A stretch of DNA of 63,807 bases, the filler included, from Pelomyxa schiedti (lineage: Eukaryota; Protista; Evosea): the NCBI GenBank assembly GCA_020536535.1. It is 10 parts of 10 records of this genome, joined end to end, with 100 filler letters (N's around TTAATTAATTAA, not from the genome) between each part and the next. Parts side by side here need not be neighbours in the genome. Positions count along the whole stretch, not along the records: positions 6,288 to 27,152 come from JAHLWZ010001082.1; positions 27,253 to 28,976 come from JAHLWZ010002304.1; positions 29,077 to 35,834 come from JAHLWZ010001396.1; 7 more parts are not named here. One strand, given 5' to 3'. The translations under genes and the position numbers were made by a program. Positions 21,144 to 31,841 of the stretch are shown piece after piece. The notes below the pieces were generated by a model. It was not told the origin of the DNA, ran no database searches, and worked only from the letters and a program-made list of their open reading frames with translations. Positions within the stretch are counted from its first letter, which is position 1. The number at the start of each line of letters is the position of its first letter.

Positions 21144-23242
21144 ATGCTTCGCCTTGAGAGGAATCGCGAGCTCTATGACGAACTAAAGACCAAATTCCCT
21201 GGTTGTGACAACGTGTGGAAGTGGTTCCTTGCCCTCAATGAGATCCCTCGTCCCTCTGGCCACACCGCGGTATGACACATCACCTTCACAAAGAAAGAAT
21301 TTCGTTTCGTTTCGTTCATTTCGTATTGGTTTTGCTCGCCCTTTGTTCTCAACCACTGGCATTTACAATAACAAAGGCGGCCTCTCGCTGGATAAGCGAA
21401 ATAGCAGCCAAAGTTCACCCTGAAGCCACTGTCAAGACTGACGCTGTTGGCAACGTCTGTCTCAAGATTCCCGCTTCAAGGTTTTTCCTCAATCTCCTTC
21501 CCCCCCTTTTTTTTTTCTTAACAAAAAACAACCCTCAGGGGCAAGGAACATCTCCCTGCTATTGTTCTACAAACCCACTTGGACATGGTTCCAACAACCA
21601 ACAGACCCGATTTCGACTTCACTCGCGATTTAATTGTTGTCCCTTTGTCTCTTTTTGGCGCCGTTTCTAATTCCCTATTCAGGAAATGTACGTTGATGAG
21701 GCATTCCTTCGTGCCAGGCAAACTACTCTTGGTGCTGATGATGGTAGTGGAGTGGCTATCGCCTTGGCTCTCGCTGAAGACCCAACTCTGGACCATGCTC
21801 CAATTGAGGTATGAGAAAACGAGGTTGCAATCCAGGTCTCATTTTATGCCCAGCTTCTCTTTACTATTGATGAGGAAACTGGCCTTATTGGAGCTTGTGC
21901 CCTGCAGCCAGGGGAACTTCTTTCAAACAATGCCAAATACCTCATAAACGTTGATTCTGAGGAGTTTGGAGAAATTTGTCTCAGCTGTGCAGGTACGAAT
22001 TCGTGCTCAAATACCCTCTCATCTTGCTTTATAGGGGGTGCAAATAGGCACCTCAGATTCCCCATGAGGCGCGGCCCTCTTGAGGCTAACTGGAAATGTG
22101 GAAAGATTAATATTGACATGTTGATGGGTGGTCACAGTGGCTGTGGTATCATCCTGTCTCATAACTTTGTTTCTTTTGAAACGTTTGTTTAGATATTCAT
22201 CTCAGTCGAGCAAACGCCATTAAGTGGCTTGCTCTCATGCTTTCCGAAAATGAGTGTGCACTTAGTGGTATTTAACTTCAATTTCTTTGCCTATTAACCC
22301 CTGGAACAGGTACCCCCTACAGAATTTGCTCCCTGAATGGCGGCAATGCTCACAATGCTGTTCCTTCCCATGCCGAGGTGGAATTTGCTGTTCCCGCAGC
22401 CAAGTACAACGAGTTCGTGACTGGGATGACCACTATCTTCAATGCTCTTGTTTCACGGTTGGTTTTTAATTGTGTAGCTTCTCTAATAAACGCACACAGA
22501 TGGCGACATGTTGAGACTAAGCCACCTCAATGCCACGTAGTAGATGCCACCTTTGACCAGGCCCTATCGTTCTCGTCATCTCGAACAGCGTGCCGCGTTT
22601 TGGAGTGCATCCATCATGGTGTTTTCTCGTGGAGCGAACAGGTTGATACCTTGGTCGAAACATCCCAGAGTTTGTCAATTGTGCGCCTTGAGAGGACAAG
22701 CAATGAGATTTTCATTGTGGTATGTAACAAATGTACGGAGTGTGTTCTAACAGGGCCCAAAGGTCTTCGCCAGGTCGTCTCACCCTACAGCTCTCACTCA
22801 TGTTCACAAGACACTGGAATCAATAACCGCTATTTATGGTGGTTCCATTGCTGTTCATGGCACAGGTATTCTTTTCCCTGTTTTGCACCCCCAATAACCT
22901 TATCAACCAATGAAAAGATTTGTCTGGCTGGCCCGCTGAGCCCAATTCTAAACTAGCCAAAACCGCTGTGAGCGTATTTGAGGCTGTGGCCAAAGGCCCT
23001 GCCAAGGTACTATCCTTTGTCCTTGTTGGAATTCAACCAAAACCCGCCAAAAGGTAACATCCATTCACGCCGGCCTGGAATGCGGTGTCATCATGTCCAA
23101 GTTCCCAGCAAACAACATGGAAGCAATATCCGTCGGGCCCACAGTGCTCAACCCACACACCGTCGACGAAAGGCTCGAGTGCCCCTCTGCATGCAAGTTA
23201 TACGAGTACATGGTCAAGCTCATTGCCGCCCTTTCCTCATAA
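21144..23242 (+). CDS. pepD: Aminoacyl-histidine (Xaa-His) dipeptidase, peptidase M20C, multi-intron
   Basis: IPRPSGH, LQTHLDMV, TTLGADDG, LFTIDEETGLIGA, INVDSEE, GGHSG.DIH, IHAGLECG, GPT..PHTVDERL. Confidence 0.9.
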
Positions 23243-23406
23243 AAACCCTTGAAGACCCAGCACGAAATACATTATTTCTGCAACCCACACATAATTTTTA
23301 CTTTTCTTTTACACAACAAAAAAAGAGAGAACGAACTCGTTTGAGGCAAAGTTCTCGATCGTTGGCGATGAGTGTGGGGCGTTGGGATTACGGCACCGCA
23401 GTCCAT

Positions 23407-24200
23407 TTAATTGAGGGGATGTGGGTGGCCACAAGAGCCAAGCGCCAGAGAGACAGCATCTACGAAAGACAGCCATTCCCACAGCGGTACATTTCTGGCT
23501 GGGTCGGTACAGGCAAAGTTGGTGTGGTTTATATTGTAGAGCAGGCATTTTGCTTGGCAAAGCACTTGTGGCTGCTGAAGTGACTTGAGGCTCCATTCAC
23601 CTGATTCGGAAATGGCCGCAATAATCCTGTGCTCCTTTGAGTGGAACATGTACCCCACGTGTGAAAGCTCCAATTTCTGAGTTACAACCAGGCGATGTGA
23701 CTCGAATGACGCTTTAAGGTCCACACACCACACTTCAGCCTTGTTACACTTGGGAAGCTGTAGCGAGACAACTCCAGCCTCATCGTCGTTTATCATGCAC
23801 ACCTTTGAAACACCCCTGCCAATCTCCCCACCGCAACAATCTCTCTCCAGCTCACTCATGTTGAGTATCACAATGTAGCCCAGGCAAGGGTATGACACAA
23901 CCGTCCACTTCCTGCCACCGAACACCCAAACACAGGTGTCGGCCAACGACAGCAGGCTTGGCGGTGGTGGTGCAGCCACAGCCCTCGTCACGCCCGGACC
24001 AGGATTCGCAAACTGCAACATCCTTTTATCTCCCAGCACCACCAAGGCGCCACCATTCCCAACCCAGCACGAGCATTAGTTCCGGAGCTGCGCCTCTGCA
24101 CCACATCCGGCACTCCACAACGCCAATAGTGGGTGACGCCCCCAATTGGGGCTTCGTGCCGCCACCAACTTCGGGGCCACTTGCACCAGCCACCAAATTG
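23407..24200 (-). pseudogene. Expanded family member, frameshifted and lacking the N-terminal module
   Basis: GASPTIGVVEC lies in one frame and GDKRML..GRKWTV..VDLKASFESHRLVV in another. A TAA at ~24076 closes the downstream frame. Confidence 0.55.
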
Positions 24201-24259
24201 GAAAGCATCCAAAACGAACGGGTTCGTTCGCTTGTTCACAATTTTTTTTGAAACACGAA

Positions 24260-25222
24260 ATGGCCGCACGGCACCAACACGCAAGTGAGGTCGCACGAGA
24301 GTTTTGTCGCGCTTCGGCAGGGATTTTCGCACCCATTTGTGCCAGTGTGAGGCTGCAAGTCACTGGGCTTCAGCAAGCGGCTTTCAGGACCCAGGAGATG
24401 ACACCACTTGGGCCAGGAGAAATTCCAACCGACCGGACGCTGGACGCGTTCCCAACCAACGCGAGTGTCGCTCCACGAAGGCCAAACGTGAGCGTGTATC
24501 TCACCGGAGCAGCCGGAATGATCAAGGCGTTCGGCACATACATCCAAGACACGCAGGTAACTGCAGTCGACTGCCCGGCTGCATTTTCTTTCCTGGATAC
24601 TATGGTAATAAACTGCGAGCACAAGGACTTCTACTCGCCCGATGGGGCTCCGGACAGGGCCAAGGTGTTTTCTACTATCGTGCACGAGTATTTCCACACG
24701 CAGTCTTTTCAAGGCCGTGGGCTACAGCCATTTGTCAATCAGTTTCGCTCGGAGGATGACCCGACTCAGTTACATCACGTTGATGAAGCTGTTACTGACC
24801 TTTGTGCCTACCTTTCGTTCAGTGCGTTGGTTGAACGGCTCTCTATTCTGAGAGGAATGTCATACAAGTCGGCTTACGTGTGCCCTGGGAATGCCACACT
24901 GGCACTGCCCCATCCATGGGAAATTACTGGGAACCCCGCAAGATACCCCCCAACTTGCGGTTGGCTTTCACTTATCCTCGCCATTGGTGACCTTAAGGAT
25001 GAGAGAAGGTCCATATGCTCTCAATATTTCCGCGGTGTTGCCCCAGAAAACCAAGGTCGCCAGTACTGTCCCAGCATAAAAGAGGTTACGGTATCCCTGA
25101 TAAAAAATACCAGACAAGACGGACTGTGGCCCCTTTCTCGCATGAACCACAATGCCTACATGCAAACAGGAATCGACACAGCTTTTGCTGCTCAATTTCT
25201 ATCCTGGTGGGGTAATCTCTGA
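24260..25222 (+). CDS. Intronless zincin (gluzincin-type) metallopeptidase, 320 aa
   Basis: TIVHEYFH (HExxH) with downstream HVDEAVTDLCA as candidate third ligand helix. First ATG at 24260. Confidence 0.65.
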   Translation: MAARHQHASEVAREFCRASAGIFAPICASVRLQVTGLQQAAFRTQEMTPLGPGEIPTDRTLDAFPTNASVAPRRPNVSVYLTGAAGMIKAFGTYIQDTQVTAVDCPAAFSFLDTMVINCEHKDFYSPDGAPDRAKVFSTIVHEYFHTQSFQGRGLQPFVNQFRSEDDPTQLHHVDEAVTDLCAYLSFSALVERLSILRGMSYKSAYVCPGNATLALPHPWEITGNPARYPPTCGWLSLILAIGDLKDERRSICSQYFRGVAPENQGRQYCPSIKEVTVSLIKNTRQDGLWPLSRMNHNAYMQTGIDTAFAAQFLSWWGNL

Positions 25223-25333
25223 ATGTATCAGCCTGGCAGAACAAAAGAAACACAGCCGGGTACAGGGATTTAAATCTGTAGGAAGAGAAAATACTTGTTT
25301 TACTGGGGCTTTATTAGGGTATTCCGCCAGGTG

Positions 25334-25481
25334 TAGAGCACCGATGCTTGAAGGCCTAGCGGGAAAAAAATCGAGCTCGAGTACTCCAGTTGCTCTTCGA
25401 CTTTTTCCCTGCTCTTCGGATTAAGCATCGCTGCTCTATTTTTTTTTTAAAAAGGAGGGTGGCGAAGTTCGCCGAACCCTC
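25334..25481. other. Two adjacent hairpins separated by a T10 run
   Basis: TAGAGCA.CGATGCTTGA..AGCGGGAAAAAAATCGA pairs with TCGACTTTTTCCCTGCT..TTAAGCATCG.TGCTCTA (25334-25438). GAGGGT-GGCGAA-G-TTCGCC-GA-ACCCTC follows (25455-25481). Confidence 0.7.
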
Positions 25482-25997
25482 GACTCAACAGAAATTGTGT
25501 ACTAGGGATCCCCTTGCGGAGACCCATACCAGAACCTCACCTTAGAGTGCAAAAGGCAAGGTTCCAATACGCCTCACACCCTGAGTGATCAGCGGAAGCG
25601 AGTACCAGGTAAGTATGAAAGCTTCAATTCCTGGATCGATCGCATAAGTCCGGAGTTTCTTGGCTGCGAATTGTGGGATGTTTTCAACAAATTCGGAGAA
25701 ACTCGAACCATAATTCTTTTCGGGCCACCTCTTTTTAAAGCGAGGGAGGTGACATTTAATTTCTTCATACATACCTGACTGTGCATGCCCTTGATCATCA
25801 AGGAGCGGTGTGCTGTTGTTAATCTCCATTTGCACTCTATGGAGGTTGCGGCATGGATTCCCGAAAGGGAAGCCCAGCAGTGTAATTTTTGTTTAGATGG
25901 GGTTTGCGTCTTGCGCGCAACTCCTTCATGAAAAAAAACAAAAAGAAATTCCTTTTAAATCAAGGATTACATGTAGCTAGGGTGGTCCACCGAAGAC

Positions 25998-26630
25998 ATG
26001 AAAGTTTGTGAAAGAACCAAGTGGACGAATGTATACTCTTGAAGTGGATATCACAATTTGCGAACTGAAGGAGAATTTTGTAGGTCTTATCGACGAGCCC
26101 CAGCGGATGAAGGTTTATTTTTGCAGGGAAGCAACTTGAGGACCATAAAACACTCCGAAGCTACAATGTCGACAACGGGAGCACCATCCACCAAGTGATG
26201 AGGCTGGCTGGGGGTGTTTGAATACACATCAGGACCAGGCTGGTTCTGCTCCAAGGTGAACCTGGCTCTTGCTTCTGACAGCCTTCCAGGGCTTACCGAG
26301 CACTGTAAGTATATCCGCGAGCTCAAATACGTTATTGTATTGATTTGACTCCGGCGGAACTAGCGGCCTATAAAGCGATGGGAACACGCGAATTTTACAT
26401 TCCCAGCTTCACTTCAGCATAACAACACAAGGGTTCGACAAAAACACTATCATTCACTTCCACATGCACTCTCGTACTGGGGCAATTGTGATTCAGAAGA
26501 ACTGGACAAAGTACCCAATAGAGAATGAGGTTCTGCTCTCGTGCTACAATGTTTACAGGATAATCAGTATTGACTCATCAATCACATCCATTAAGGGTTC
26601 AGTTATGATCAGCGCGGAAATAATCAACAG
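25998..26630 (+). pseudogene. Ubiquitin-like domain + ADP-ribosyltransferase fusion, decayed
   Basis: Across frames: MKV/VKEPSGRMYTLEVD..ELK../[102 protein letters not shown]. About 5 frameshifts. Confidence 0.7.
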
Positions 26631-26644
26631 GCAAACATCAGCAA

Positions 26645-27152
26645 GCTTTGTGATAGCATCCTCACTGTTCCTTGGCGGATTCAGCCAGTTGGTGGCTTCA
26701 GTGATGGAATTTGTCAAAGGAAACACACAATGCGGTCACATTTGGAGTATTTGCTGGATTCTGGTTTGTCATTGGCGGGTTCCCTCTGATAGTGGCTGGT
26801 AAGGCTGTTTCTGAGGCTGTTGGTCCTGGAACAATGGCACTGTTCTTCTTGTTGTGGGCCATTCTCGCTGGTGGGCTTTATTTGGGGGTTGTCAGGCACA
26901 GTGTGGAGAAAAACTTTCTATGGCTGAGCATTGTAATTACATTCATTCTGGTGGCTGTCGCCTATCTGCTTTTCCAGATAAGGTACTGCCTCTTCTGCAA
27001 ACCAATCCAAGTTTGACAATACAAAAGCTCCGTGAAAGCAGGAAGCGCTGTGCTTCAAGTGGCAGGGTACTTTGGTATTGTCTCAGGTTTATCTGCAATT
27101 TATGTTGGCTTTGCAGAAGTGAATGGGTGGCCTCAGCTTCAATGGTGGCCAA
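26645..27152 (+). pseudogene. GPR1/FUN34/YaaH (SatP) acetate transporter fragment
   Basis: LFLGGFSQLVASVMEFVKGNT /NAVTFGVFAGFW..FFLLWAI..VAGYFGIVSGLSAIYVGFAE. Frameshift at ~26728, N-terminal NPAPLG signature absent, intron 26982-27028 retained. Confidence 0.7.
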
Positions 27153-27252
27153 NNNNNNNNNNNNNNNNNNNNNNNNNNNNNNNNNNNNNNNNNNNNTTAA
27201 TTAATTAANNNNNNNNNNNNNNNNNNNNNNNNNNNNNNNNNNNNNNNNNNNN

Positions 27253-27661
27253 TCTTTCAGTGGAGAAGTGACACACTTTGTGACCAGCCCAAATTTACCC
27301 AAGAACCTCGGAGAATGTGGTTTGCCAGTTGGGTGTGTGATAATCCCGATGTATGCCTCCACATTCCATCAACGCTAAACCTCATCTACCAATGGTGTTG
27401 CACACCTCATCAGTTGAAAACAAACAAACAAACAAACAAACAAACAAACAAACAAACAAACAAACAAACAAACAAACAAACAAACAAACAAACAAACAAA
27501 CAAACAAACAAACAAAAAAAAAAAAGGACGATTCGCACTTTGTAGGAATGGTACTTGTAGAGTACATCAGCGTTGATGAGTAGGTCAACAAACGAGGTGG
27601 ATGTGTTGCTTTCACTCTCAGCACAACTACTACTGGTACTTGGGTTTTTCCTGTTGTTCAT
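27253..27661 (-). CDS. 5' exons of an unknown gene
   Basis: MNNRKNPSTSSS..LYKYHSYK then a GT donor. The intron carries the microsatellite. Confidence 0.3.
27418..27514 (+). repeat. (CAAA)n microsatellite, about 24 units
   Basis: Read directly from the sequence. Confidence 0.95.
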
Positions 27662-28105
27662 ACGTGAATTTTCTTTTGTGCTTTCTTACCGTTTTTCGAT
27701 GAAGAAACACCTGTTTGCTCAACCAAACTAAAAAAACCAACGCCTCCACGGCGAAGCACAAACTGAAACCCCAAAACGATCAATCAACGATAGTGTAGTG
27801 GCATTTAGAGGAATCCATAGTCGGTTTTCTGTCCCGATTCGAGCACTGATCACACTTGTCCTCATTGGGATTTCATGTTCCGTCAGATTGTCGAGATCCG
27901 GGCTCAGATGCCGCTCTGCACAACAACAAGGGGATAGTGATTAGTGGGACTGTGGGTGTTATAATAAACAAACAGGAAATGTATTTATTATGGATTTCGC
28001 CTTTTAGACGAAATCGCTCTTGTTGTTGTAGGAGCCACGACAGGGCATTTATTCTGTCTGGCCAAGCTGTATACAGGGGTGATGATGGGATGTTGTGCGG
28101 TGCTC

Positions 28106-28976
28106 TCAGAATATCTGGGAGAAGGTGTTGTTTGCCCACCCAATGAATGAGATTATGGGATTGGGTTGTGTGAGGTCGATATGGAATGGGTTGTTTCCTC
28201 GTATAAAACAGTACAGGGCATAAGTGCTGTAGCAGAAATTCTCCACGGAATTGTGTTTGGTTGTCATTACATACAGGTTATCTGGGGAAAGCAATTGTTA
28301 GGTTCCTTTTCCGGGACAAAGGTTGGGTTCATACTTGCTAGTTTTGTGTATTGCACCGAAAAATCCAGGGGAGCAGCGTAACTACTCATAGCACTCGCGA
28401 GAGGATAGAAGTTCTCGTCTTTGATCCAAATTATAGTGACGAAAATGGCGGGGCCTATGTTTCATTTGTATCATTAAAAGAAAATAAATCCCGCGTGGAG
28501 TTCTTACGCCGAAGGATTCGCTCCGGGATGGCTGCAATTGTTGATTCAGGAACTAGTGTTGGGGAGTGTGTTAAGTTAAGCGGAATGAAAGAGTATACAC
28601 ACGTCTCGGAACAAATCGGCTGTCCACAATGGATTGCCGGCTGGATGAAGTGCTGAGGGAGGTAATTTCTGAAACAACTGTTCTTGCAAGGGTCTCGCCG
28701 TGTGGGATTCGCACTGGCTTTCCTCTTGGTGGTTCAAGTGAGTCAAACTCGTGCAGGAATTCTGCAGGTGGTTTGGCGTCGTAGTCTTTCAGGTGGCAGT
28801 TCGGGTTCTTGATGATACTCTCCAGTACCGAACGTGCTTTTGAAGGAATTTGGCTTGATAATTGGTGTGTATTCCTTGAGCGATTGAGCTTGACGCCGTA
28901 CTTATGACGCTCTCTTGCACACAACGAGATCGGATTTGAAGAGAAACCGGCAATTCCAGGGACAGTGTTCACAAGC
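28106..28976 (-). CDS. Hypothetical multi-exon protein, 3' part
   Basis: Three short GT-AG introns join ORF 28571-28972 to ..PESTIAAIPERILRRPAIFVTIIWIKDE..NLYVMTTKH..FSQIF*. No family recognised. Confidence 0.35.
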
Positions 28977-29076
28977 NNNNNNNNNNNNNNNNNNNNNNNN
29001 NNNNNNNNNNNNNNNNNNNNTTAATTAATTAANNNNNNNNNNNNNNNNNNNNNNNNNNNNNNNNNNNNNNNNNNNN

Positions 29077-31713
29077 GATGGGCTTATTCCACCCTCGTTT
29101 TACAGTGATAAAGAGCCCGCGTTCACTGTTAGTATGATGGAGCCCCCAGCTTTCCCTTTGCAGTTCCGCAACCTGGTTTACGGTTTGCTTCAGTTTGATC
29201 CCGCAAAGAGGACCACACTCCTGGAGGCGCGCAAGGCAATCGACGACATTGAATCACCCAGTCCATTGGAACTGCTTTCATTTTACTCTCATGTTGTTCC
29301 CTCCTCGAGGGATGCAGGTTTGAAAAAAATAGTCTCACTCCAACCACCTCTAACGAAACACAAAAGGTTGGCTGACAATGAAGGCAATGTGCCAACTTAA
29401 CACTGGGTCAATTCCAATTGCAGAGTGTGTCTCCACTCTGCGTGATGCTCTTCAGGCCACAGCCTCATTTCCACCGGCTTTGTTGCTGCTTCACTTGATC
29501 TGCTCTGCCTCTCTCATTCCACTTGTTGCACTCAATAAAGATGAAAAAAGGGGAATTGCGAGAGTGCTCACAGGGAGGGCATCATTCACATCCACCTCCG
29601 TGGACTTCAAGAGAGCCATCATCAGCCGCCAACCACACAGGAGCACACTCCCTGAGTTGATGATGACTGCACTGTGGTTGAGGTTCCTCAGCCAAGCTGA
29701 TGAGGTTGAGGAAAAACAAAACTCTGTTCAGTTGCAACTGAAGAAAGTGTCATCATTGGATTTGCCAAAAATTTGGGCCACATTATTGCAGAATTGCACA
29801 GCGTTGTCTCGTGAGGATCAGATGTGGAGTGACAAGATTTCAGCATGCTCCTGTTGAGAACATTTCCCTCCCCATTATTCCAGGCAACCAACTAACATTG
29901 TAGAAAGATGGCTGTCATCCACGGAACGAAATGATGATGAAGGCACTGTTGGAGTGGGAGTTGGGACACACAGCCTCTGCAATCGATCTCGTTGCCCAAG
30001 CTTATGCTCATTTCAACTCTGAACAAAAGCTTTCAGGTTAGTTGTCAAGAACTTGAGTTTGCTAACACAACCACCAATCCATCATCCTACATCAGAGGAT
30101 GATATGTGCCTTCAACAGCAGCACTACCTTCCTGGATTGATCTTTTTGTGTGGTCTGTCGTTTGTCTCCCCAAATCAAGAGCAGCTTGGACTCCAGCAGA
30201 TTCCGGCAGAGCTGTTCTGTGCTTTTTCACGTGCAAACTCAACCCCAACTGACGAGTTCTGTGCCTTCTGCAAAGCAGTGCTCGTGTTCAACAGAAACAC
30301 ACCAATTGTCGAGGAATGGCGCGAACTCCTTTATGCAGCAACATTCGGGCTTGGTATCAAAGAATCGAAGCACAAAAATTCCATGGAGGGTGAGGAGGAA
30401 GACCTTAGCGTCATCAACTTCACATGTGACTTGGATGATAATAGGTGCTCAATACAAACATCGTGGGCTTGTATGTTCTTTGTGGCTCTCTGGCTGACTT
30501 ATTCCAGTGACAGCAGCTCAACCCCAATTTTGGATTTATTGTCAAGCAAGACTTGCACAGCTGTGCAACCACCACAGGCTTTCCTACCTGTGTGCACCAC
30601 AATTTTGGCATCTGGCAACCAATTTGGAGACCTTACTAAGGCAGTTACACTGCTGGAGGTAGCAAAGGAAGGTTATCCCTTTGCAAGTGCTTGCCTTGCC
30701 GTGAATTATGAGGATGGAGAAGGTGTTCCCAAAGACCCACACAAAGCATTTACATTGCGTCAGAGGGCAGCTGATGGTTTTTGCACTGCAGGCCTCCGTG
30801 CACTTGCACGCCACTTTGAAGAGGGTAAATGTGTAACCAAAGACCCAAGCAAAGCCGTTGAGCTTTACAAGAGGGCAGCAAACGCTGGTGAGTGTGATGC
30901 AATGATAAGGTTGGCAGAGGCATACGTGACTGGGGACTGTGGCTTGGAAAAGGACGCCACCAAAGCAGTGCCACTTCTAAAGATGGCCGCCAATGCCGGT
31001 GCAACATGGGCACTTCGTGACCTTGCCAGCTTGTATCAGCTTGGTGAGGGTGGTCTTGCCCAGGACACCAACAGAGCCATTGCGCTTTTCAAGAAGGCCG
31101 CTGGCATGGGTGATACCCTGGCAATGTTCGCGCTTGCCAGCTTGTATGAAGACGGCCATGGTGACATCCACGAGGCTGTATTGCTTTTACAGAGAGCTGC
31201 TGAGGCCGGTGAGACTATGGGACTCCACAACCTTGCCATGAAGTACTGGAATGGTGAAGGTGTCGAGGAAGACAGGAAGAAGGCAGTTGCGCTTTGGCAG
31301 AGGGCAGCAGAGGACAGAGATGAGCCAGATCCCAAGGCAATGGTTACCCTTGCGGGATGCTATGAAGCTGGGCAAGAGTTGTGCAAGGACGTCCGGACTG
31401 CAATGAAGTTCTACAGGCTGGCAGTTGATTCTGGCTATGACGATGAANNNNNNNNNNNNNNNNNNNNNNNNNNNNNNNNNNNNNNNNNNNNNNNNNNNNN
31501 NNNNNNNNNNNNNNNNNNNNNNNNNNNNNNNNNNNNNNNNNNNNNNNAGATCCCAAGGCAATGGTTACCCTTGCGGGATGCTATGAAGCTGGGCAAGAGT
31601 TGTGCAAGGACGTCCGGACTGCAATGAAGTTCTACAGGCTGGCAGTTGATTCTGGCTATGACGATGAACCACTCAACGACTTGCTCCACCTACAGCCAGC
31701 AAATACCCCGTAA
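29077..31713 (+). CDS. Protein kinase (C-lobe end) + Sel1-like repeat protein, 5' partial
   Basis: Kinase subdomain XI FRNLVYGLLQFDPAKRTT. Tandem Sel1 repeats such as LAVNYEDGEGVPKDPHKAF and LAMKYWNGEGVEEDRKKAVALWQRAA. Confidence 0.8.
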
Positions 31714-31841
31714 TTTCAGGTATAAAAAGTAACTAGTAAAAGTGTGAAGTCTTCTAACTACAGCAGCGTCCATGCCATGGCATTATGGTTTTGATTTTGA
31801 TTGTTCCCTCTTTTCGATCGAAAAACAGTTGGTTCGTATCG

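Noticed and set aside
25340-25430. SECIS element downstream of the TGA-ending zincin
   Set aside because: The TGA in the hairpin is paired within the stem. There is no SECIS core and apical-loop geometry.
25998-26740. Programmed frameshifting or RNA editing to explain the clustered frameshifts
   Set aside because: The indels differ in size and context and include loss of a catalytic strand. Conserved genes show none. Ordinary decay is simpler.
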